Assembly: GCA_043826565.1 (NCBI GenBank)
Contig: JBDRPX010000037.1
Location: 5,669 to 69,668, forward strand
Source: Candidatus Omnitrophota bacterium
Lineage (GTDB): Bacteria > Omnitrophota > Gorgyraeia > B26-G9
Length of the DNA: 64,000 nt
Reading direction: 5' to 3'
The notes beneath the pieces are model-generated. The model searched no databases, was not told the origin of the DNA, and saw only the letters and a list, made by a program, of their open reading frames with translations. Shown piece by piece: positions 8,773 through 16,998 of this stretch; position 1 is the first letter of the stretch; every line of letters begins with the position of its first letter. The position numbers and the translations under genes are program-made.

Positions 8773-11562
8773 ATGAAAATTCCAATATCCACCTATAGAT
8801 TACAGTTTAATCCGGCATTTACTTTTGCGGATGCTAAAAAAAACCTTTCTTATTTAAAATCATTAGGAATATCCGATATATATGCTTCTCCGATTTTCAA
8901 GTCCCGTAAAGGGAGCATGCATGGTTATGATATTGTTGATCCTAATCAGCTTAATCCGGAATTGGGATCTACTGAAGATTTCAATGCGCTGACTGAAGAT
9001 GTGAAAAACCGTCAGATGGGATGGGTGCAGGATATTGTGCCCAACCACATGGCATTTGACCGTGAGAATGAGATGCTTATGGATGTGTTGGAGATGGGAA
9101 AGCTTTCCCCATATTATAAATATTTTGATATTGACTGGAACCATCCGTATGAGAGTATGCGGGGAAGGCTGCTGGCCCCGTTTCTGGGAAAATTCTATGC
9201 AGAATGTTTAGAAGCTGGGGAAATTAAACTTCAATACAGTGAAAAAGGATTAAGCATAAACTACTACTCATTACAATTTCCCTTAAAAATAGAATCTTAC
9301 AAAATGGTTTGTCTGTTTAATATCGACGAACTTAAACTGACATTAGGGCAGAGCCATCCGCTTTTTTTAAAATACCTTAATATTTGTTCTGTTTTTGATG
9401 TTGATGATAATTTGCCGGAGATGGAAAAATATAATCAGCTTAGGCAGGGGAAAGATCTGTTGCGGGAGCTTTATGTTAATGATGAGCTGATTAAAAATTT
9501 TATAGATGGTAATATCAAAGCTTTTAACGGGACACCGGCAGATGTGGAGAGTTTTAATCTGCTGGAGGATATTCTTTCACGTCAGTTATTCCGCTTGTCA
9601 TTCTGGAAGGTGGCTACCGAGGAAATTAATTATCGAAGATTTTTTAATATTAACGAATTAATCTGTCTGAGAATAGAAGATGATGACGTATATCGTCGTA
9701 CGCATGTACTTCTTGGCCGTCTTTTTGACGAGGGAAAAATTAGCGGGATTCGCGTTGACCATATTGATGGTTTGTATGACCCCGGGACATATTTGGAAAA
9801 ACTAAAAAAACAGTTTCCGGACAGCTACCTGCTTGTCGAAAAGATTTTAATCTCGCAGGAAAAGCTTCCGGGATGCTGGCCGGTGCAGGGCACCACCGGA
9901 TATGATTTCTTAAATTATGTGAACGGTTTATTTTGCTTAAAGAGAAATCAGCGAAAAATTAACCGGATATACAGTAAATTTACGTCTAATAATATTGCTT
10001 ATGATGAACTCGCGGGAAATAAAAAGAGATTAATAATCGGTAAGCATATGGCCGGGAATATTGATAATCTTGCTCATTTCATGAAAAAGATATCCAGTTA
10101 TAGCCGTTATGGCAGTGATATTACGCTTTACGGGCTTAGGAGAGCTTTGGTGGAAGTGTTGACCAATTTTCCGGTTTATCGGACATATATTAGCCGGGAT
10201 AATTTTAAAGATACGGATGTGCAATATGTTTTAAGCGCGATAAAAAAAGCAAAGCAGTCAATCCCCGGTCTTGTATATGAACTTGATTTTATAGAAAAAT
10301 TTCTTTTGCTTAAACCTGAGCACTATATCCGGGAGCAGGAACGGGGAGAAGTTACTGATTTTGTTATGCAGTTTCAGCAGGTCAGCGGGCCGCTGATGGC
10401 TAAAGGTGTAGAAGATACCGTATGTTACGTTTATAACAGGCTTTTGTCTTTAAATGAAGTTGGCGCAAGCCCGGATAAGTTTGGGATTTTTTCTAGTGAT
10501 TTTCATTATTTTAGTAAAAGAAAGAAAAAAAAATGGCCGTATTCTTTAAACTCTTTATCAACGCATGATACCAAAAGAGGAGAGGATGTCCGGGCGAGAA
10601 TTAACGTGCTTTCGGAAATACCCGCGGTCTGGGAGCAGAATATAAAGCATTGGCATAGACTAAATAAAAAGTTTAAAACTTCGGTAAATGGAATGCTGGC
10701 TCCGGATAAAAATGATGAATACTTTTTATATCAGACCTTAATTGGGGCATTCCCGTTTTTTGAAAAGCAATACCCGAGATTTTTAGACCGGGTTAAAGAA
10801 TATATTATTAAAGCGGTCAGAGAGGCGAAAGTTCATACCGCGTGGTTAAAGCCGGATATTGACTATGAGAACGCTTATATTTCATTTGCCGAGGAATTGC
10901 TGAAATTTTCTCCGGCAAGTGTGTTTATGAATGAGTTCTTATCGTTTCAAAAAAAAGTTGCGCATTATGGGATTTTTAATTCTTTAGCCCAGGCCTTGAT
11001 TAAAATAACCGCTCCCGGAGTTCCGGATTTTTATCAGGGAACTGAACTATGGGATCTTACTTTGGTTGATCCGGATAACCGCCGTCCGGTTGATTTTGGG
11101 CTAAGACAAAAGTTTTTAGCGGATATTATTGAAAAAGCGGGTACGGATTTGCCGGGATTGATTTCTGAATTATGCAATACTCATGAAGATGGCCGGATAA
11201 AATTATTTTTAATATATATGGCTTTGCGGGCAAGAAAAGAAAACAGTATCCTTTTTCGCGAAGGCGCATATGTTCCCATAAATACCGGAGGTAAATACAA
11301 AGATCATATTATTGCGTTTGCCAGAAAATATGATAATATGATAGCCATAACTGTTATTCCGAGATTTCTCGCTTTGCTTATAAAGGAGAGTGAATATCCA
11401 TTTGGGGAATATGTTTGGCAGGATACGTATGTGGTGAGCCCTGAAGATGGTAAGTGTAAATGGAAGAATGCATTCACCGGTGAAGAAATAGAAGGAAAAA
11501 AGATTTTATCAGTGAGTGATATTTTTAAATCTTTTCCGGTTGCGTTATTAATTAGCGTTTAG
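8773..11562 (+). CDS. treY: Malto-oligosyltrehalose synthase (GH13)
   Basis: PISTYRLQF, HGYDIVD, DIVPNHM, INYRRFF, RVDHIDGL, STHDTKRGED, LVDPDNRRPVD. Confidence 0.95.
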   Translation: MKIPISTYRLQFNPAFTFADAKKNLSYLKSLGISDIYASPIFKSRKGSMHGYDIVDPNQLNPELGSTEDFNALTEDVKNRQMGWVQDIVPNHMAFDRENEMLMDVLEMGKLSPYYKYFDIDWNHPYESMRGRLLAPFLGKFYAECLEAGEIKLQYSEKGLSINYYSLQFPLKIESYKMVCLFNIDELKLTLGQSHPLFLKYLNICSVFDVDDNLPEMEKYNQLRQGKDLLRELYVNDELIKNFIDGNIKAFNGTPADVESFNLLEDILSRQLFRLSFWKVATEEINYRRFFNINELICLRIEDDDVYRRTHVLLGRLFDEGKISGIRVDHIDGLYDPGTYLEKLKKQFPDSYLLVEKILISQEKLPGCWPVQGTTGYDFLNYVNGLFCLKRNQRKINRIYSKFTSNNIAYDELAGNKKRLIIGKHMAGNIDNLAHFMKKISSYSRYGSDITLYGLRRALVEVLTNFPVYRTYISRDNFKDTDVQYVLSAIKKAKQSIPGLVYELDFIEKFLLLKPEHYIREQERGEVTDFVMQFQQVSGPLMAKGVEDTVCYVYNRLLSLNEVGASPDKFGIFSSDFHYFSKRKKKKWPYSLNSLSTHDTKRGEDVRARINVLSEIPAVWEQNIKHWHRLNKKFKTSVNGMLAPDKNDEYFLYQTLIGAFPFFEKQYPRFLDRVKEYIIKAVREAKVHTAWLKPDIDYENAYISFAEELLKFSPASVFMNEFLSFQKKVAHYGIFNSLAQALIKITAPGVPDFYQGTELWDLTLVDPDNRRPVDFGLRQKFLADIIEKAGTDLPGLISELCNTHEDGRIKLFLIYMALRARKENSILFREGAYVPINTGGKYKDHIIAFARKYDNMIAITVIPRFLALLIKESEYPFGEYVWQDTYVVSPEDGKCKWKNAFTGEEIEGKKILSVSDIFKSFPVALLISV

Positions 11563-11627
11563 CGTAGAGCGGATAGCGAATAGAAAAAATTTTTACTAAA
11601 CACGATAGATCAGAGAATGGAGTTAAG

Positions 11628-13124
11628 ATGGAAAAACGAGGCAGCGGCATATTATTGCATATTTCGTCATTACCTTCTGATTTTGGCATCGGAGATATGG
11701 GCGAAGCGGCCTACAAATTCGTTGATTTTTTAGCCCAGGCAAAACAAAAATACTGGCAGGTACTCCCCTTTAACCCGACAAGTTTGATCAACGGCAGCTC
11801 TCCCTACAGCAGTGTCTCGGCGTTTGCCACCAATACATTATTGATCAGCCCGGAATTGTTGTGTAAGGACGGATTTCTTACCTCGGGGGAAATAGATTCA
11901 TCCTCTCAGAACGGCAGCAGGGCGGTTGACTATGAAAATGTTTTGGAATTAAAAGCCAAATTATTTGCCATAGCTTTCGAACGGTTTGAAAAACTTAAAG
12001 ATAAAGCTGGTTTTAATAATTTTTGTTCTGAAAATAAATATTGGTTGGATGATTTTGCCGCGTTCATCGCTTTTAAAGAACATTTTCAGGACTGCATTTG
12101 GACTGACTGGCCGAAGGAGATCAGGGATCGGGATAAAAAATCCATGAATGAGCTTAAAGAGCAGCTGACCCGGCAGATTAAAAAAGAAAAGTTTCTTCAA
12201 TATTTGTTTTTAAAACAATGGATTGGTTTGAAGAATTATTGTAACCAAAAAGGCGTTCAAGTTATCGGAGATATCCCGATCTATGTCACCTATGATAGTG
12301 TTGACGTGTGGAAAAATCCGGAAATTTTTAAACTTGATGAAAATAAAAACCCGGTTTATGTTGCCGGTGTACCTCCGGATTATTTTAGCAAAACCGGTCA
12401 GTTGTGGGGTAATCCGGTATATGATTGGGATGTGCTTGCTGAAAATAATTATTCCTGGTGGATGCAGCGAATAAATCATAATTTAAAACTTTTTGATTTA
12501 ATAAGGATTGATCATTTCCGGGGATTTGTGGATTATTGGCAGGTGAAAAACGCAGAGAAAACAGCAATTAATGGAGAGTGGCAAAAAGCTCCGGCAAAAG
12601 AATTCTTTAAAGCTTTGCTAAAAGAATTTCCCGAACTGCCGTTAATTGCGGAAGATCTGGGGATTATTACTGATGAGGTAAGGGAAACAATGAAATACTT
12701 TGGGTTCCCGGGGATGAAGATAGTGATGTTTGCCTTCGGAGAGGATGATCCGGAGCATCCTTATTTGCCGCAGAATTTTGCGACTAATTGTGTTGCTTAT
12801 ACCGGAACGCATGATAATAATACCGCCCGGGGCTGGTTTGAGCAAGAAACAACCCCGGAAGACCGAAAAAGACTTTCTGATTGTTTAGGTAAGGAAACAA
12901 ATGCCGATAAATTGCACTGGGATCTTATTGAGTTGTTAATGAAGTCTGCAGCGCATACAGTTATTTTTCCTTTGCAGGATGTTTTTGGCCTTCCACAAGC
13001 GGATCGTATGAATATCCCGGGAACAGTGGGCAATAACTGGAAATGGCGTTTTAAACCGGAACAAATTACTCCTCAGGTAACAGTTCAGCTGGCAAAAATG
13101 ACCGAGCAATATTCTCGCACCTAA
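11628..13124 (+). CDS. malQ: 4-alpha-glucanotransferase (amylomaltase, GH77)
   Basis: GILLHISSLP, GVPPDYFSKTGQLWGNP, RIDHFRG, AEDLG, YTGTHDN, MNIPG. Confidence 0.95.
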   Translation: MEKRGSGILLHISSLPSDFGIGDMGEAAYKFVDFLAQAKQKYWQVLPFNPTSLINGSSPYSSVSAFATNTLLISPELLCKDGFLTSGEIDSSSQNGSRAVDYENVLELKAKLFAIAFERFEKLKDKAGFNNFCSENKYWLDDFAAFIAFKEHFQDCIWTDWPKEIRDRDKKSMNELKEQLTRQIKKEKFLQYLFLKQWIGLKNYCNQKGVQVIGDIPIYVTYDSVDVWKNPEIFKLDENKNPVYVAGVPPDYFSKTGQLWGNPVYDWDVLAENNYSWWMQRINHNLKLFDLIRIDHFRGFVDYWQVKNAEKTAINGEWQKAPAKEFFKALLKEFPELPLIAEDLGIITDEVRETMKYFGFPGMKIVMFAFGEDDPEHPYLPQNFATNCVAYTGTHDNNTARGWFEQETTPEDRKRLSDCLGKETNADKLHWDLIELLMKSAAHTVIFPLQDVFGLPQADRMNIPGTVGNNWKWRFKPEQITPQVTVQLAKMTEQYSRT

Positions 13125-13151
13125 CCTATTGAAATCATTAGAGAAATTAAT

Positions 13152-13180
13152 TTGCTAAAAAGAAAAAACTATGGTATAAT
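13152..13180 (+). promoter_or_regulatory. sigma70 promoter with extended -10, upstream of riboswitch
   Basis: TTGCTA(13152-57)-17 nt-TGgTATAAT(-10 at 13175-80). Confidence 0.65.
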
Positions 13181-13217
13181 TAAGTAGATTTAAAAAGTAT
13201 GTAATTTCTTAAATAAA

Positions 13218-13340
13218 TCCGAAAAGGCAAAACTCAAGAAATTGAGTGACGCAAAGCCACGGGTCTAAAGCTTGATGCTAGGATCGCCGGGTATATCGAT
13301 AACGCGAAACTAGGAGCTTGTGATGGCCGGACTGCCGAAG
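13218..13340 (+). ncRNA. c-di-GMP-I (GEMM-I) riboswitch with enlarged P3
   Basis: GGCAAA-ACTCAA-GAAA-TTGAGT-GACGCAAAGCCACGGGTCTAA...GATGGCCGGACTGCCG matches the GEMM-I consensus: GAAA tetraloop, receptor and GACGCAAA junction. Confidence 0.85.
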
Positions 13341-13380
13341 AAAAAGGTAGTCTGGTTTTTTAACATATGGAGACAAGATC

Positions 13381-13533
13381 ATGAGGATACAGCGTGTTAC
13401 CCGAAAAATACAGGATGTATTAAGAGGGGATTTTGTACTTTACTCTCTCAAAAAAGAAGGAATAGTAAAGGTAATCTGGTTAACTGTGGTTACTTATATT
13501 ATTTTTTCTTTAATGATTATTTTAGGTAAATGA
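13381..13533 (+). CDS. Small 50-aa membrane protein downstream of riboswitch (absent from ORF track)
   Basis: MRIQRVTRKIQDVLRGDFVLYSLKKEGIVKVIWLTVVTYIIFSLMIILGK*; GGAG 8 nt before ATG; single hydrophobic C-terminal segment. Confidence 0.6.
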   Translation: MRIQRVTRKIQDVLRGDFVLYSLKKEGIVKVIWLTVVTYIIFSLMIILGK

Positions 13534-13628
13534 TTACATTAAACCCCACATAGTGATAAAATATCACTAATCTTTCCTAATTTATTATCCTTCAATATGT
13601 TATGCCTCTAAAAAAAGGCCATTTTTGT

Positions 13629-13657
13629 TTGCGCTACCCTCTAGAATATGGTATACT
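13629..13657 (+). promoter_or_regulatory. Promoter of EQAI-family gene array
   Basis: TTGCGC-17 nt-TGgTATACT; shares TATGGTATACTTTA with the promoter at 40458-40486. Confidence 0.55.
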
Positions 13658-13749
13658 TTAAAACCTTTTATGACTTCTCGCTTTTGCCCCTAACATTTTT
13701 TGTTTTAGCAGGTTAAGATTAATTAATAAAATAAAAGAACGTAGAAGAA

Positions 13750-16700
13750 ATGATGACCAGAAAAAGATTAAAGACTAGACGCTATACGCTGTGCGCTAAA
13801 CGCTTGGTTGTGTTTTTCCTGGTGCAGGCGATGGTTGCCGGCCCTTTGCCGGCGGCGCCGGCGGAGATGCTTACTCCCGCAATCCAAATTAACCATTCCG
13901 GACTGCAGCAGGCTTTTGTCGAAGCCGGCCAAGGAGAAAATTTTCTGCGGGAGTTTGTGGTCCGCAGAAAAGAGATATTATGTGAAGAATATTACGATAA
14001 GCAGAAACTATTACGTAAGGCGGCATATTCTACCGGAGAGATATTTGCGCAGTTTGATTATGACCAACACCGTCAGCTGCAGCATCCTGAAGCAATAGTT
14101 GATACTCTGGTTAACGCTGTTTTAACCAATACGGATATAGGAAAACAACAGGCCGCGGCGTATGTTTTAGAAACTATCAGAATCCCCAGGCGGGATCCCG
14201 GCATAGTTCGGACGGTCAGCAAAACAGATTTAAAAGTAATTGCCGAGAGCCTCGGTATTGCGCTGCACGGAGCTGATATTGATACGATAATTTTAAGTAA
14301 TGGGATCGTGCTTATGCCGGAGGGATATTCTCCCTCAAAAGTACGTGCTCGGGAACAGGTTAGCTTTTCTACTTTGTATTCCGGGGAACGGGCGTTTGGA
14401 GAATATCTTAGCCGGTTGGAAGCGCGGCGTGAGTCCGGGGAAAATAATTCGGCTTTGGATGAGGAGATTGTAACTCTTCGAAAGCTTAGGGATATGCGTA
14501 GATATATGCTTCGATTAACAGAAAAGGCGGATCAGGAGCGTGATTCGGTGATACCGATGCAGGAATATATTGCCGAGAAGGTAAAAACTGAATGGCTGGC
14601 TTGTGCCGGACAAGAAGGCCTTAGTAAAGACCAAGCTTTAAAATCAATCCAACAGGCGCGTATGCTGAACGTCGATTTAAAGTTAGCAGAGGATTTGCTA
14701 GATTTAGCCAAAAGGCATGAACAGGCTTTAGAAAACGAGTGGGTAATTGTTGGGCAGGAATTGCTTCAGGCACAGGAATTGTCCCGGCAAAACAGTAGTC
14801 AGGCAAACAGACAAATAGCTGATTATTGGCAGCGTTCTCACGCGTGTTTAGAACAACAGCTTGAGCAGGCCAAAGAGGAACGGAAAAAGGCTGAGCAGAA
14901 TTTTGAGGAAGAACGCACTTTACAGCTTAGGCAGGTTGAGGAGCACAGAAAAATCGTCAGAGATAATTCTCCGCACCAGATTTTGTTCGCCAAAAAAAGG
15001 AATATTAACACGATTACTTATCGCTTATTAACAATAGCCTTATGTTGTGCCGGGATAGAAGAGTTTAATGAATTAGACATAGACCTGGGCGCGGCCATTA
15101 TTATCGAGCGCGGAGAAAACGGGCCGTTTACAACCAGAGATGATTTTGTGCGGCGGATGTGCGAACGTTTAGGCGCGGATAAGAAATCGTTGATGAAAAA
15201 TATCTGCAAAAATTTCAGTAAGCTTACTATCCGCTTTTCCGCTGAACCTGTCGGAGAGCTGGAACTGGGGGTTGCCAGATATTATATGGACACGATGGAC
15301 GAATTACAGCGGGCGAAAGAACGATTTTCTTACCTGCGGCAGAGGCTGCATCAGGCCCAAGAAGAGCTGAGAGTTGCTTTATATCAGGAGTTAAAAATAA
15401 ACAATTCGTTTGCTGCGGCTGTGAGCGGTTATCCTGAATTGCAGCTGGATATTGAACGGACAGTTTCTTATTGTGAACGCAGTAGAGTTTCCTTCTCTGA
15501 TTATCATTCGCCAAAGTCTGAGTTTATTTCGGTTTTGCATGCTTTACAAAAAATATTTTCAAAAAGAGAGAACGCGGTTAGTTCCCGGATTGATTTCTAT
15601 ACCAATATTATATTTCAATTAATAGGCAGGCTTAGTTACTGGGAGGAAAAAGAAGATAAAGGGCTGAAGTTTTCTTCGAAAGAGATCCATGAATTTGAGC
15701 AGATAAAAATAATGTTGAGACTGCGCAAAATTGCGGAAAGCGGGCGCTATGTTTCGGACATCCATTGTTTTCAGCGTTTGCGGGATGAAGTAAGCAGGAT
15801 TAACTATACGGATGTATTACCGGGTTATCTGTCTACGGTAGCGATGAATGAGACATTATATGCCCGGGTGAATTCTCCGTGGAACATATTGATGAAAAAT
15901 CACCGGCGGGAGGCTCTGACGATGATTCCGGGAGCGGATGATGCGGTTCTTTTAGGAGTGCCGGCAAGGCATATCCTCTCCGAAGAACAGTCGCATCGAA
16001 TATTGGAGATCCCCATAGGATGGGAAATAGAGTTTACTTCGTCACAGCGGTATTTGCCTCCGGTGCCGCGGGAAAAATGGATAGATGCCATTATTCCCAA
16101 CGCCATAGAATTGCACGATAAAGGAGTTATTCTGGCGGATTTGCACAGGTTAAAAGAATATAATCTGCAGCCGACCTGGAGTTGGCGGACACAGCTATTG
16201 ATGCTGCGCAGAGTTATGTCCTTGGCGGGATTTAGCGGGACGCAGGCGGATTCTTTGCAGATTAATGTAGGGATTAAAGAAAAGGATTGGCAGATATTAA
16301 CTCCGGTGATGCGGGAAGACCTGGAAACCGATGCGCACTGGCTAATGTTTAATATTGTAGCAGCTTATGTCTCACCGGGAAGGATTGAACGCAAAAAAGT
16401 GGATAAAGTAGTCCAGGCAAAAGATGTTCAGGTTGTAGATATCGACGGAGAAAAATACCGCCGTTTCGAATATGCGTTTTGTGATTTTGAGAATATCGAA
16501 ATGATCGCGCCGCTGGTGCAGTATGGCCATACTTGTTTATTTTATTATTACTATGTGAGAAACGAATATGAACTGGGAAATTATAATGTTCCCGAATTAT
16601 ATAAGAAATTAGCCGCATTGGGAGAAAAATTAAGAAAGGCGGCTGACCGGGAGGATCTGGTAGGATTATTTGGTATCCAGCTGGATAAAGCTGGTACATA

Positions 16701-16905
16701 CCGGGAAAGCAGTTTGTTGACTCACCGGGAAAGAGGATCTAAACAGATTTTACAAATTAAAGGTATGTTGGATAATTTTCTGCGGGAATTTTGTGATCTT
16801 GCCGGATTACCCCGGGAAGTTGTATTGCCTGCAGAAGAACAAAAGCTTGTGCAGAAATTGAGTGATGAGGGATTTGAGATATTAATTATTGAACAGGCGA
16901 TATAG
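13750..16905 (+). CDS. EQAI-family secreted protein A: coiled coil, HhH-like segment, putative amidoligase-like C-terminal domain
   Basis: Basic/hydrophobic N-terminus then LTPAIQI; AAIIIERGENGPFTTRDDF; IGWEIEF...EYNLQP...SLQINVG...RFEYAF; ends IIEQAI. Confidence 0.75.
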   Translation: MMTRKRLKTRRYTLCAKRLVVFFLVQAMVAGPLPAAPAEMLTPAIQINHSGLQQAFVEAGQGENFLREFVVRRKEILCEEYYDKQKLLRKAAYSTGEIFAQFDYDQHRQLQHPEAIVDTLVNAVLTNTDIGKQQAAAYVLETIRIPRRDPGIVRTVSKTDLKVIAESLGIALHGADIDTIILSNGIVLMPEGYSPSKVRAREQVSFSTLYSGERAFGEYLSRLEARRESGENNSALDEEIVTLRKLRDMRRYMLRLTEKADQERDSVIPMQEYIAEKVKTEWLACAGQEGLSKDQALKSIQQARMLNVDLKLAEDLLDLAKRHEQALENEWVIVGQELLQAQELSRQNSSQANRQIADYWQRSHACLEQQLEQAKEERKKAEQNFEEERTLQLRQVEEHRKIVRDNSPHQILFAKKRNINTITYRLLTIALCCAGIEEFNELDIDLGAAIIIERGENGPFTTRDDFVRRMCERLGADKKSLMKNICKNFSKLTIRFSAEPVGELELGVARYYMDTMDELQRAKERFSYLRQRLHQAQEELRVALYQELKINNSFAAAVSGYPELQLDIERTVSYCERSRVSFSDYHSPKSEFISVLHALQKIFSKRENAVSSRIDFYTNIIFQLIGRLSYWEEKEDKGLKFSSKEIHEFEQIKIMLRLRKIAESGRYVSDIHCFQRLRDEVSRINYTDVLPGYLSTVAMNETLYARVNSPWNILMKNHRREALTMIPGADDAVLLGVPARHILSEEQSHRILEIPIGWEIEFTSSQRYLPPVPREKWIDAIIPNAIELHDKGVILADLHRLKEYNLQPTWSWRTQLLMLRRVMSLAGFSGTQADSLQINVGIKEKDWQILTPVMREDLETDAHWLMFNIVAAYVSPGRIERKKVDKVVQAKDVQVVDIDGEKYRRFEYAFCDFENIEMIAPLVQYGHTCLFYYYYVRNEYELGNYNVPELYKKLAALGEKLRKAADREDLVGLFGIQLDKAGTYRESSLLTHRERGSKQILQIKGMLDNFLREFCDLAGLPREVVLPAEEQKLVQKLSDEGFEILIIEQAI

Positions 16906-16998
16906 AGTGGATTGCAAATTGCAAATAACAAATTGCAGATTAAACTAATGAAAATAAAAAAACAAATAAACTACATAATAATATTTTTGCTGGTGCAG
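16886..16998 (+). repeat. 113-bp gene-junction direct repeat, copy 1
   Basis: Covers the IEQAI-stop codons, the intergenic TTGCAAA heptamers and the [17 protein letters not shown] codons; 2 mismatches to copy 2. Confidence 0.95.

Noticed and set aside
13320-13529. 69-aa ORF in the track
   Set aside because: It overlaps the riboswitch aptamer and has no SD; the 13381-13533 frame has an SD and a TM segment.
16912-16947. MQIANNKLQIKL N-terminal extensions (also 19741-19776)
   Set aside because: These come from TTG starts in the heptamer spacer; paralogs D and E begin at MKIKKQ.
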